A stretch of DNA of 63,696 bases, the filler included, from Chiloscyllium plagiosum (lineage: Eukaryota): assembly GCF_004010195.1 (NCBI RefSeq). It is 3 parts of one record of this genome, joined end to end, with 100 filler letters (N's around TTAATTAATTAA, not from the genome) between each part and the next. Parts side by side here need not be neighbours in the genome. Positions count along the whole stretch, not along the records: positions 31,354 to 40,269 come from NC_057710.1; positions 40,370 to 63,696 come from NC_057710.1; 1 more part is not named here. One strand, 5' to 3'. Shown here piece by piece: positions 40,085-52,359 of the stretch (the stretch's first letter is position 1; each line of letters starts with the position of its first letter). The translations under genes and the position numbers were made by a program. The notes beneath the pieces are model-generated. The model made no database searches and was not told the DNA's origin. It worked only from the letters and a program-made list of their open reading frames with translations.

Positions 40085-40604
40085 AGTCATACAGTCACAG
40101 AGATGTACAGCACGGAAACAGACCCTTTGGTCCAACCTGTCCATGCCGACCAGATATCCCAACCCAATCTAGTCCTACCTGCCAGCACCCGGCCCATATC
40201 CCTCCAAACCTTTCCTATTCATACACCCATCCAAATGCCTTTTAAATGTTGTAATTGTACCAGCCTCCANNNNNNNNNNNNNNNNNNNNNNNNNNNNNNN
40301 NNNNNNNNNNNNNTTAATTAATTAANNNNNNNNNNNNNNNNNNNNNNNNNNNNNNNNNNNNNNNNNNNNTCTCTCTCCTGCACTCTCCTCACCATGTGCT
40401 TCCTTTGTCTGCTCTTCTCCCTTTTAAAACTGCTGTTGTTTTGACTTTTTTTTCCCAAAGTTCCAAAACAATGCAACGGCATATAAAACAGGAATTGCTG
40501 CTCCTGGGATTCGAGGAAGTCACCTCCAACACCAAAAATACCGCAAAAAAAGGAGCAGCCCTTACAGTTAGAAATTTTTCCCACCCTCCATCTTGGATTT
40601 CCCA
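40085..40604 (-). mobile_element. Young CR1/HER1 LINE, both ends visible, interior lost in a gap
   Basis: 3' tail at 40085-40269 and 5'UTR-like segment at 40370-40604, nested in the older CR1. Confidence 0.65.
40270..40369. other. Assembly spacer 44N-TTAATTAATTAA-44N
   Basis: Same structure as at 31254. Confidence 0.95.
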
Positions 40605-42469
40605 GAATCGAGAGGTGTGATTACTCAGAAAACAGAAGGGAGAGAAACTCAGGAAAATCACATTCACTGGAGAAATGAGTAAATTGTTGGAGCTGTGGGC
40701 CAACAAGTGCCCAAGTCCTAATGGACTTCATCCTTGGATTTTAAAAGGAGTAGCTAGTGAGATAGTGGACGCATTGGTCTTAATTTTCAAAAACTCCCCT
40801 GACTCGGGGCAATCCTATAAGATCGTAAATGTAACTGCTTTATTCAAAAAGAAAGGGAGGTAGAAAATAGGAAATGTCAGGCCACTCAGCTTCACGTCTG
40901 TCAAAGAGAAATGTTTAAAAGCTGTTATTGAAGAAGTTATAGCAGGGCACTTAGAAGAGTTCAAGGTAATCAGGTGAAGACAATGTGGCTTTGTGAAAGG
41001 GTGATCATGTTGAAGTGCTCATTGAGACATGCTGTATGGCTGCGAGCCCCTCCTCCCCCCCAGCCCAATCACTCTCACATATTCTCCCTAGGCAGGTACA
41101 CTAAACACTGCTACACAATCACTGCCCTCTTTCTTGCAGGACAATGTAGTACACAGTTGAATGGAGCAGTGCAGTGCTGCCCGGACACAAGGACACCTAC
41201 ATCTCCATCCCCCCCCGCCTTCCCCCCCGTGAAGGAGGTGATTTTTTTTCACATCATGGTGTGGGCTGTGTGACAGACCCTGTGGCATCACTGAGGGTGA
41301 TGGTGTGTGCCCAGCTTTCTACACAACTGCCAGCTCCCTCCTATCCTTCGATTGTGTGTGAGGAATGAGCTGCTTGATGGTGTGATCATGAACCTGTCAC
41401 CTTGCTTCCCAGCCACCCTTCCTTCACGATAATGTGCCCGTTCAGATTTCTTCATTTTCCAACAGCCTGCCAAGCCCCAGCAAGGGGACAGAGAGCAACT
41501 GCACAGCACCTGAAAAATAGGCCCCACCACTGAGTCTGAGGCTGCCACCAGCTCACATACTGGCATCCTCAATGCGGGCAGCATTAAAACCTGCACGAGC
41601 TGTGTCACTGGGCATAAGTGGACTTTACCCACTGAGGGGGGTGGGAGGGGTGGGGGGGAGGGGGAATGTTTAGTGCATCCATTGCCAGGAAGAAGAATGA
41701 AAGGAGTGCATCCACTCGCAGACAGCATGGAAACAGGTCCTTCAGCCCAACAAGTCTAGACCAACCCTCCAAAGAGTAACCCATCCAGACCCAGCTCTGC
41801 CAACAAGCAGTGGAGGAGTCCAGTGCCCAGTTGGTAGAGGGCATTGATAGATCTTGTTCACATCCTCTGTTCCATTCCTCTGTCCTGCTATGGACACTGA
41901 GGCATGGTCACTACCATCTTCCTTTACCTTTGTAGTCTTTATCAGGATCACCAACTGCTCTGTCTTTTCTGTGAGGGCTTGACAGTATTCCCTGCTAAAT
42001 CCAGGAACTCAACAAAAATCACATTGAAAAGCATTCCAGATTCCATTTCAACACTTTGCAATAGAGAAAATGATCAAAACTTCCCACCGGTGTTTTAGCT
42101 GCTTGGCTGTTGAAAGGAAGAGAAGGGCAGAGGTCACCTTCCCTGACCCTGCTACAGTGATGTGCAACTTTGTTGTTGGCACAGGTGTTGCCCAAATTTG
42201 GGATCTTCCATTCCATCAGCTGGTTAGGATAGCACTTCTCCACAGGCCTTTGAGCCAAACTGGCCATATCCTTGTGGAAACTATTTCAAACAGCCTTTAC
42301 CTGCTGCCAGTGCCGTGCACCACTGAAAGCATGACCATGGTGGTGCTGAGAAAATGAACTCCATTCCTATAAACTTTGACTTTGCAGTACTTTCCTGTTT
42401 TGAAAGCAGAATTCTAACCCTGAAATATACTAAACACTGAGCCATATACATTTTATACATTCCCGCAAT

Positions 42470-42778
42470 AAGGAAACAGGTCCTTCAGCCCAATAAGTCC
42501 AGAACAACCCTCCGAAGAGTATTCCATCCAGACACACTCCCCTATTACTCTACATTTACCACTGACTAATGCACCTAACCTACACATCCCTGAACACTAT
42601 GGACAATTTAGCATCGCCAACTTAACATGGCCAATTCACCTGACCTGCACATTTTTGGAATGTGGGAGGAAACCCACACAGACACAGGGAGAACTTGCAA
42701 ACTCCACACAGACAGTCACTGGAGGCTGGTATCGAACCCGGGTACTAACCCAGTACTAACCACTGGGCCACCATGCCA
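42470..42778 (-). mobile_element. HE1-type SINE
   Basis: Reverse-complement SINE. Confidence 0.8.
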
Positions 42779-43133
42779 CCTACTGTTCTTTCATGACAGG
42801 GCTTTTCAATTATAGATGATGTTGGCTTCTTGCTTTCTTACAGTGTCAACATGTCAGAATTTGGAAGTGCCACAGCTCTTGTTATTATCAAACTAAATCG
42901 TAACACTCCCTTTAATTCTCATTGCCAAGTTACAATGAATCATCTTTCTGCTTTTGAACCCAGTCTTTGTGCTGCCTCTGGTGCTGTATTCTGTGCTTGT
43001 GCTGTCTGTCACATGAGTCGGAACCACTTCCTGCTAGTTCTTGCTGGAGCATGCCACAGTTCATATAATTGTGGCTTTCCAGTGGAAAGTGTGATGAAAT
43101 ACATTACTATATAAATGTGATTAATGTGATAAA

Positions 43134-43146
43134 TTATTTGATTAAC
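43134..43146 (-). CDS. TMEM154: Probable terminal coding exon (RLIK*) of TMEM154-like gene
   Basis: ttttgctggttacag|G TTA ATC AAA TAA in phase 2, followed by AT-rich UTR-like sequence. An alternative acceptor near 42106 is also possible. Confidence 0.45.
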
Positions 43147-43289
43147 CTGTAACCAGCAAAATGTTTCAAAATTATTCATGATTTGTTTATATGCTACATT
43201 GTCAAAGCAATTAAATACAGCGAAATATTTTCCTTCAGAAATTTAAAACTGAGATTTTCTTTCTCTCTTACTTTCTCTCTGTCACCTAC

Positions 43290-43347
43290 CTTGATTTGGA
43301 TTTCAGGTCTTTTTCTTCACTGATGTCTGGTAAACTGTCTTGTGGAG
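43290..43347 (-). CDS. TMEM154: TMEM154-like C-terminal exon (58 nt, phase 1 to 2)
   Basis: Splice sites tttcctaaatcctttcag|CT ... AG|gtaggt. Encodes SPQDSLPDISEEKDLKSKS, similar to the recalled LPTLKEEKE; phase fits the 86-nt exon. Confidence 0.8.
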
Positions 43348-43899
43348 CTGAAAGGATTTAGGAAATTATTTAGGATTTCACAGATGGAACGCTTCAACAC
43401 ATCAAATGTTACATCGTGTCTGACTGGTGGACTCCTCGTTTGAGAACTTCCTAAGCTTCTTTCTAAGCTTAAAACAGAGCTAAACATCACAGCGCCACTC
43501 AGGACACAGGCAAGGAAAGCTAACATCAAAACACAACAGGTCAGACTGGAACCGCAACGTCCATACCTTGCTTCCGGATGTGAATGAAAATGGCAAACAT
43601 ACAAACGTTTCACACATCAGTGCAGCCGGGATGGCATTAAAACATTTAGAAACAGGTTAACTGGAATTTCATGGCGCATTTCTGATTTTGCCATGGGTAC
43701 ATGGGGATTATGGAACATCGGAGTCTGACAGGGTTAAAAAAGGCAGCAAGTTAGCAAGAGCTCAGGGTTGGTTCCCTGAGACAGCCATTGAGAGAGCCAT
43801 TGTAGGTGAGGCAGGGTAAGCACAAGGTCGGAGTGGAGAAAGGTAATAGCACTGCCTGGAGGTCAGGGTGGGGTTTGTCTCTTATAATGAAGGCCTTCC

Positions 43900-44520
43900 A
43901 CAAAGAGAGAGACCCAATTACCAAGAGTCTCATCTACCCACGATTCAGATTCTCCACTGAGGAGGAGCAGCAGCAGAGGCACGCAGCAGTGGAGCATCAC
44001 CAACTTCAGAGCCTGCAACAGGACCAACATCAGAGCGGGAAGGCCAGGGAAATGCAGAGAAGAATATGGCGACTGCTTCCTGCTGCAGAACAGGCTAATC
44101 CCAGGAGAGAGTCTCATGTCTGACTGGCTAGCTCGCAGTGAACACTGCAAATCTCTCATGTCGCAGCCATGGAACTCTGTGCCATCCTGTAGGGATGAGC
44201 TGGGATCCCTGGGGTTCAGTGAGCTACCAATACTAAAGGTGCTGAAAGCTCACTGTGCCTCTGAACCACACCTCCCAATATTGCAGAGATTCTCAGAACA
44301 ATCTCCTTGTCTGCAGCTCTTTGTGACATCAGGGGGGATAACTGGTGCCTAGCACCAAAGGTGACAATCAGGTCAAAGGATCTACCAGCTTCAAGGCCAT
44401 TGCTGGGCACCCCCCGGGGCCAGCCAGGCCCTCATCACCAGAAAGGCTTTCCACTCACTCAGTGTCTAACTGGTCTGTGACCTCGGGAGATAGAGCCTTC
44501 AGGACTGTCTCCAGCTCTTG
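43900..44520 (+). mobile_element. Harbinger transposase relic
   Basis: GSTSFKAIAGHP and ITRKAFHSLSV*LVCD, compared with the consensus GFAAIAGFP and NRKGFHSLNVQLVCD. Confidence 0.7.
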
Positions 44521-45539
44521 TGTAGCAGCCGTGACATGTGTGTACTTCAGAAGTCTAAGGTGCTGCAGCTTTAAAAGTCACAAGTGTCTTCCAAAGATGG
44601 AAACTAGGGGACAAGAGCTACCTACTAAAGACATGGATTCTCAGGCCTTTGAGAATCCCACACACAGGTGCAACATACAGGACAATCCATCATAGGTCAA
44701 ACAGAGTGACAATCCAGCAAGGCCAATGAGCTCCTGAGCAGGAGGTCTGGAGCCCAAATCAGTCTGCTGCAGGTCCTCAGTATGCCCCTGTAAAGGTCTC
44801 CTGAAGGGGGAGGCATTGCTCACTGAAGACCTCCATGGATAGTGATGCTTCCTCCAAGGACGAAATGTGGAGGGTTCTGCTGTCCTGGTGACACAAGATG
44901 GTGGAGACTTTGCACAAGAAGAAAGTGAGGACTGCAGAGTCAAGAGAGTGGTGCTGGAAAAGCACAGCAGGTCAGGCAACATCTGAGGAGCAGGAAAATC
45001 GATGTTTTGATGACGCCCTGATGAAGGGCTGGTACCCGAAACATCGATGTTGCTGCCTGACCCCCTGAGCCTTTGGATAAGACTCAGTAAGATACAAACA
45101 AGTGGGGACAGGAAATGCTAGTACATTGACACTTCTTACAATCCTGATGCCCATCCAAAAATATTCCCTAAAGCTTTGGGCTGAATCTTATCTTGTTTGG
45201 CGAAATGTTAGTTCACCAAGTTTCATAGAGGGTTTCCCTCCATGAGGCCGAATGCATTTTCTCGCTGCATCTTGCCAAACCTGCCTAACTAACCACCTAC
45301 CCCATCCCTACGGCTACCTGCTCATCCAAGTCTAGCCTTATTCTGCCACTCGTTGGACCCAGAACAAGGTCTAGCATCCCTGATGCTGGTGCCAACTTTA
45401 TAAACCTGCTTTGGGCACGCACTGTCAGTCTGGAGCTGGCCTCTATGGTTCCTAACAGTGGCTGATGTAGCGGGGTCACTGTCCTACTTTGTGGGCAGGT
45501 TCAGGAAGTGCTGGGAAATGGGATTTTGATTGGGATTTC

Positions 45540-45690
45540 CTCTTCGCCCAGGGTTGATGGTGGCAGCTACAACGCTGGAGCATGCCGGTTTGTTCCAGGC
45601 TTTCCTCTCAGGCCCCCGGTGAAGTCTCACCGGTCTGGATAAACGCCCAGCGCTGTCAGAAAAACGTCAATGACCTTCTCCACTCCGCCA
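45540..45690 (+). mobile_element. Harbinger Myb/SANT-like ORF relic
   Basis: NAQRCQKNVNDLLHSA resembles QCRKKxNDL. Confidence 0.5.
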
Positions 45691-45789
45691 TCATTTCTCT
45701 CTGAGTCCTCATCCTCACTCTAACTGTGCTCCTGCTCCCACTCCTACCAGGGCACTCTCACTTTGGCGTGGAACATCTCCTCTAACTAG

Positions 45790-46766
45790 TGTTACGACAC
45801 AGGATAAACCCCTCTGCTAGTTCAAACCAGCAGCACAGAAATGATTTAACCCGTTCTGTCATCTGTGAAAATTCTAGAGGCAAAGAACTATCCCAAAAGT
45901 CACTACTTAAAGTAAAAATTAACAAGTTTAATTTTTTAAAGCCCAACAGAGAATAATTAACTGTAACTATTAACAACTTATTTTCCTAAACCTATCTTTT
46001 ACCATCCCCTCCACAATACAGGTCTGATAAACCCCCTGATTAAGATTTACTGAAAAATTCAAATTTCAAACCCAGCCAGCTGTCGAATCTTCTCTTTGTA
46101 GATTTGCTCTCCAGGTCAGTATTGATGTTTCTCTCTGTGCAAACTCCTTCTCCAGACAGGTACCTTGCAGAGAGTTCTCACTAGCAGCCTGTTGATCTTT
46201 TTTCTTTTGGTTTTATACCCCAAAGCATTGATCGTTTCATCTGTGTTAAATTCAATACTAAACTCAAAAGTGATTGGAGCTTTGGTATTTTGGGGCATAA
46301 TTTAAACTGATTGGCCGAATTTGAATTTGGTTTTTGTTTCATAGCCACCCAGGTACTGCTAGCCGCTATAAATTCTCCAGCACTCTATGTGCTTGTTCAG
46401 TCCCTCAACTCTCGTAAAAGTACAGTATCTCTTAAACCTTCATAACACCTCACCCCTTAAGAAAAAAGGCACCATCATAATGAAAAGATGGCTTCATTTT
46501 TCTCCACTCTTTAAACATATTACCATAACATACAGATAACTTTCATCTAAGTTCATCTTAACATTTTCCATAGATATATATTTTATATATATATATAAAA
46601 TATTGCATAAGCACAAATCTCATCTGAAATTTATCAGTTAAATCTGCGATAATGCACCTGCAATTACATTCTTACGACCTGCAATATTTACAGTTTTTAA
46701 ATTAAAAGTCTGTAACCTAAGACTCCAATGAAATAGTCTCACATTCTTGTCTTTAAAATTTCCAAC
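45790..46766 (-). mobile_element. Gypsy (Gmr1-like) 3' end: RNase H terminus, PPT and 658-bp LTR
   Basis: RLFHWSLRLQTFNLKTVNIAGRKNVIAGALSQI* ends at 46638; PPT taaggggtgagg at 46448-46459; LTR TGTTATGA...TCGTAACA at 46447-45790. Confidence 0.85.
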
Positions 46767-47247
46767 GCCCACCTCAGTCCCCAACATCAGTAACCCTGCA
46801 TGCCCTCTGCACTGCCTACTCATTCACTTGGGAAATGGCCCCATCTTTACCAACAGTGATTACTGTGCCACCCACTTTCACTTCCTGTAATAGCTACCTC
46901 TCAAAGAGGCTGGGCAAGGCAGTGCAAGACTGTGAGCATCCAGGTCAGCTCAGAGTGAGTGTGTGCTGGGAGAGTGAGTGAAGAGCTCAGAGGTGCAGCC
47001 TGGTGCAGTCCAGGAGTTGGGTGCATGTGCACCTGAGAGCACAGTGTCCTTGCTGCTGCATTACAATGTGAGTTGTCAGTGCAGTCTGAGGTACAGAAGC
47101 CTCCTGCGGGTGGATCAGAGAGATACCATGTGTGTTTATACAGGCTGTGGAACATTCACGTCAGAAGCCGTTGTCAGTGACTGTGACAAAGATAACAAAT
47201 GCTGGAGATCACAGCCGGGTCAGACAGCATCCAAGGAGAGAGAGCAG

Positions 47248-47284
47248 GCTAACGTTTCGGGTCTAGATGACTCTTCATCAGAGC
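47248..47284 (-). ncRNA. Hammerhead motif (fourth family), sense to a TMEM154 intron
   Basis: gct CTGATGA A GAGTC-ATCTA-GACCC GAAA CGTT agc; stem I is gct/agc, with one mismatch in stem II. Confidence 0.7.
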
Positions 47285-47619
47285 TGTGACTGTGAGGTGC
47301 GTGTGGTTGGTGTCTATGGAGAACACAGATGTTGGTGCCTGGCTTCCAACACTGAGGTCCCTTGGAACAAGTGGTGAGCTGAAGTAACCAGGTCCCTGCC
47401 TGATAGTGGTGGGACTGGAGAGCTCACGAACCAAGTGTTATTCCATTGCTTCCAGCTATACAAGAAAGCGAGGCTGGCGAGGGGCTCCCCTGAGGGCAGC
47501 AAGAATTGGAAAGGGAAGCAACACTTGCATGTGAACCCTTTATAGAAAATGTAATGGCGTATTGTCCATATTTTCCATTCTCCTGTGAGATGTAAGCACA
47601 GTGAGGTGCTCTCCTTAAT

Positions 47620-47794
47620 AAAAGCAAATTACTGCGGATGCTGGAATCTGAAACAAAAAGAGAAAATGCTGGAAAATCTCAGCAGGTCTGGCAGCATCTG
47701 TAAGGAGAGAAAAGAGCTGACCCTTTGTCAGTTAGACTCGAAACGTCAGCTCTTTTCTCTCCTTACAGGTGCTGCCAGACCTGCTGAGATTGTG
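47620..47794. mobile_element. Penelope-like fold-back mini-element with 17-bp TSD
   Basis: gaggtgctctccttaat at 47603 and 47795; inverted arms. Confidence 0.8.
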
Positions 47795-48079
47795 GAGGTG
47801 CTCTCCTTAATGTATTCCCCGTACCTCCAGCTGGAGTGGAGGCAGGTACGGATCACGCAGCCTTCGGGATTGGTGACCCGAAAGCCACTCAGCCCTGGTA
47901 CACTGGTGTGCAGCACCCACTCTTACCCACTGCTGCTAATATCATAGTTACTGAGAGCACTGTGAGGGACTGTCCACACACAGGGCTCCATCACGGGAAC
48001 TCTTAGTGCCACTTACCAGAGACTTATCCTCCATTTTACAGCTGGAGTAGGTGGACTGTTCAGTGCCAGTGTTACATTG

Positions 48080-49380
48080 AGCTCATGGAGAAAGCAATTG
48101 TTTGTAAGACAGTGTGTATCTCTGGAATTCACGCAATGGTCGCTTGTATCTCGCTGCCCGTGGATGTCACCACCCTCTCAATGGGAGAGATCAAGAAGCC
48201 CATCATCACTCCTGGCCTTGACGCACTCATCCACTATCCATACCCGGCGGTTCCAGAGCTGCTTCTTGCTTCCCTTCTTGCTGCAATTTTGGGTCGGTTA
48301 CCAACAATGCCTGAGGCCTAGCAGCAGCCCAGGGCTCGGCCTATAACTCAGACTTCCCCCCCAGGCCCTGAACTGTCAGTGGCTTCACTGTCACAGCCTC
48401 CCTCAGCCACAGGGAATGCCTTGGGCCTGATGATAGACCAGGCTGGGGATCTGATCCCACAGGGAGCCAGCAGGTGATACCACTCATGCTGGTGAATGGA
48501 AAGAAGGAAATGCACCCCCTGAGGATTCCTCCTCCTCCTCCTCAGGGACCATTCCTCCCCAGACCCTCCAGCTCTTCACTCTTCAGCCAGACCCCGGCCT
48601 GCAGCAGATAACAGCAACGCCAAAAGGTCAAGGGCTGCCTGTCTCCTTTTCCCAACTGCCATTTCTGTGGGCGTCCAGGCGTCCGCTATGTCCCTGTGCT
48701 CACTCATTCACCCGCTTAGTTGGCACGGTCAGTGGGAGGCTGCCTTACTGTTGTGCCATGCCCAGAGCCTGCTCACGAGGCTGGGAACCTATAGGTTTGG
48801 CAGGCCCTATGCTGGGCTTGGACCTTCCCCTGCTGTGACTTGCTCACACAAGACAGAAGGCCGCCCCACATCACCCACATTAGAGGCAGCCTTGGTCTCA
48901 CACGGCTATACAAATACCTCGCAGATATGACCGTTCTCAAGAGGTGTGGGGCTAAGGGCATCAGTAGTGAGAGTTGGGCACCTCTCTCCATGTTGCTGCT
49001 ATGTTTCTGGCAGAGTACGGTCTTTGCTGACCGAGAGATATGACCTATCAAGTCCACACCTTGGCAGGCTGAAGGAGCGCAGTGATATGCTTGACCCAAA
49101 TTCTCTGGCTGACCCTCCCCTTTGATCCCTGGCCAGACTTTCAGGGTCAGTCTGGCTGGATCCCTCCTCTGGTCCCTGGGAAGGAAGACCCTGATTGGAA
49201 TTGTAGCCTGGACAGTGAACTGTCACTCCACCTTCCCATGTCTCCATCCTGCCATTCTGGCTGAAGGTTTTTGCTCAGTTCATTCCGTGCAGTCAGTAGT
49301 GAGACAGGCGATTGTCTATGTAAGGTGGGCAGACCCTTAAACAGGGTGCCTGCTCCTGCCCCAGCATCACCCGCTGCCAT
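48080..49380 (-). mobile_element. Harbinger Myb/SANT accessory gene relic
   Basis: GRWSDSSL...FPRDQRRDPARLTLKVW (Myb_DNA-bind_5-like) and a downstream degenerate coiled segment. Confidence 0.55.
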
Positions 49381-49590
49381 CTTTGTTTTCAGTGTTTACC
49401 ATTCCATTGGTCGGCCCCTGTTCCTCACCTGATCTGATTGGCTGTTAGCTGTGAGATGGCGTGGAACAAAAGTGGCACCTTCTGCCTGCCAGCTACTACT
49501 GCCTGGCCTTGGAGTCATGCAGCAAACCCCAGCCCAATGTCTCTCCACTAGAACCTAAAGTGTGTCACATTTGGCCAAAAGATATTACAA

Positions 49591-49818
49591 CTGCTGAAAA
49601 ATGTGTTGCTGGAAAAGCACAGCAGGTCAGGCAGCATCAAAGGAGAAGGAGAATTGACATTTCAGGCATAGGCCCTTCATCAGGAAGGGTCCTGAAGAAG
49701 GGCTTATGCCTGAAACGTCAATTCTCCTGCTCCTTTGATGCTGCCTGACCTGCTGTGCTTTTCCAGCAACACATTTTTCAGCTCTGATCTCCAGCATCTG
49801 CAGTCCTCACTTTCTCCT
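49591..49818. mobile_element. Palindromic Penelope-derived element with two hammerhead motifs
   Basis: 92-bp arms at 49593-49684 and 49691-49782; TSD aaaagat(a/g)ttacaa at 49577 and 49819. Confidence 0.85.
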
Positions 49819-50076
49819 AAAAGATGTTACAATGATGGAGTGTTGGAAGAGATTAGCGAAGGAGGGGGTGAGAGGGTTGGCAGCAGAAGAAAGTGGTAAA
49901 AGAGATAAAGCAGAGTTCAGGGAGTTCCGTCATGTCAATACACATCACATTCAAAACAATGGCTTCCTGCAAACCCATTATCCTACAATCACTTTTGTAG
50001 AGAACCGATGAGAATTATTTAAACAAGGCAAATAATCGCTATTGAGGAATTACGCACTTTTGGATTCTGCACTTAC

Positions 50077-50162
50077 ATATCTTCCTCATGTTGCCCATCC
50101 ATCTGTCAAGTTCATCCATTTCAACTTCCATCACTGAGGCGACATCATCCTCAAAAATTGGG
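50077..50162 (-). CDS. TMEM154: TMEM154 conserved cytoplasmic exon (86 nt, phase 2 to 1)
   Basis: Splice sites tttccttcctcag|C ... T|gtaagt. Encodes PIFEDDVASVMEVEMDELDRWMGNMRKI, matching the recalled TMEM154 motif PIFEEDTPSVMEIEMEELDKWM. Confidence 0.92.
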
Positions 50163-52359
50163 CTGAGGAAGGAAACGCACAATGAGCTGTTCATGTCGTC
50201 ACCGTTTTAAAAGCAGTGTGTCATAAATGGTCTGCCAAACAGTACGCAGTTTTTCACTTTGTCAAGAATATTGGAGTTGAAAGTTTTCAAGGCACAATCC
50301 TGACTAGAATTCTAAAACCATGCCCCACCAGCTACTCCCTCCACACTGCTACCTTCTGGTACTGGTGCCTGGTTTTATGAATAGCCACAAGGATGTCCAG
50401 TCATTTTCATACATAGAGCAGATGCACACTCTATGGCTAGCTGTCAGATATCTACCTCCAAAGGTGATCTTACAGTCAATAACTAAGGCAAGAAAACATT
50501 TTTTTTGTACCTGCCAAGTCTTTGAAGGCAAAGGCCACAACCCTGGTTGGCCCACAGCTGTTACCATAGCGACCACTGGACCTCTTCCTTTGCCAGGTTT
50601 CCAAGCCTCAGAAGCTCCAAGGGGTTTCAGAGATGCCAGGGCCATAAGCCCCAGTGCTGCCCTGCCCATGTCAACAGGTTTGAGCAGGAAGGAGGAGGAG
50701 TTCTCTGACTGCGTGGGTATTTGACATCTTCTAGTTACACTGTGAACCTTCCACTGTAGCAAGAGAGGGCAAGAAGCAAAGATATCCCACTTCAAGCCCT
50801 CAGTGGTGAGTGAGTGGAACAATGGTTAGTGCACACAGAGTGTGTAAACTATTGGTTATTTCTTTATCTCTCTCTCTCTCTCTCTCTCTCCTGCGGCAAA
50901 ACCCTGTGAGTCAGGTCGATTTTGTTGAGCTGCTCAAGGACATCTCATGACAAGGACAAATTGACCAGCCATTGATATCCTGTTGGGTGAGACCAGTCTG
51001 TACAATTGATCATACTGAACAAAGAAAGATCCATTACTGTATCAGCACTGGCAACACTCAAGCACTCTACATTGTGGTCATATTTTAAACAAGTTTCATT
51101 GCTACTGGATCGCCCAGTGAGCTGCTCAAATTTAGTCGAGGCTAGTATGACAAAAGATTGAATAGGCGATTTTTAAAAAGTATTTAAAATACTCCAAACC
51201 TAATACATCTGTAAAAACCATATAAACATCAGCTGCACAGTTAAATCTGGCTATTCAGCTGCTGGTTAGTGTCAGTATGATGGAGACAGTTCACCCTACA
51301 GTATCATAAGTGCCTGAAATACTATCCTTCCTGCCTCTCCCCTCCCATTCTGTTTGAGTAAGTTTGTGGAAATCAAAAGTTTTTAACTTCAGAGTAAACC
51401 ACAACAATGTCCGTGGTGTAAAATATCAAAATTCACAGGGTAAACTCTGAATTTTTATAGCCATTGACAGCAGTCTGATAACCAGTGAGAAACAAACATT
51501 TCTCTCAGGTTGGAGGCTTGGATGTGTATTTGAATCTCTGGCATGAATCTTGATAAACAGGTACTTGTCTAATGCATGATCAGGCAGGCCTTGCATAGGA
51601 GCAGTTTAAGTTTCAATTGATGTACTGAGCAGCCATTTGATTCCAAGTCATTTGTACAAGGAGGAAGCAGTGCTGACTCATCTCTGAATATCACAGACAC
51701 AAAGCAGTTACATGTGTAATATCTCTCCATTTATAGCTGGATTTAATCTGACAGTTTACTCTGTGTCATACAGTGGTAAACTGATAATGAAGTACTGGAA
51801 ATATTATAGGAGAAGTTATATAGTGGAACAGAAAAGTTTGATGTGGTCCCTAAATTTCAGGTTGGATGTGGCCCCACCCCAGCTGCAACTTCAGAAAGAG
51901 TTCACCAGAACCCAACAAAAGGTGGCAGAGACTTGATTCTGCTCTGCCAACCATTCCTGCAGTTTTGTAGGTTTGCCTAATAACAGGAGGAATCTCTGTC
52001 CATCTCTTCCATGCTCAAACATATCAAAGGAGAGCACCCAAAGGGGTTAATGATAGGCATTCCCACATTGGGAGTTTCTGTTTTTCCAATTCACTTCAGA
52101 CACACTTTCAATAGCAAGACCCATTGATCTTCAATGATGTGCAGCAGAAGGTCAAGATGAGGGGCATAGCCCAGGTTTCTGAAGTTAAGAGAAAATGTTT
52201 TTCTGTGCAAGTCTAGATCACAAACCTGCTCTCATCCCACCTGTACGTAGGAGTTTGAAGGAAGTTCTGTGTTCCTCCTCCACCTGAGCAGCTGATGAGT
52301 TTTCTGGTCACACAGGGTTAAGAAGGATTTGTACTGACATGGACACCACTTTCCCCAAA

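Larger units (their letters stand above)
38930..41010 (+). mobile_element. Old degenerate CR1 ORF2
   Basis: Degenerate endonuclease, then KCPSPNGLHPWILKGVASEIVDAL. Confidence 0.7.
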
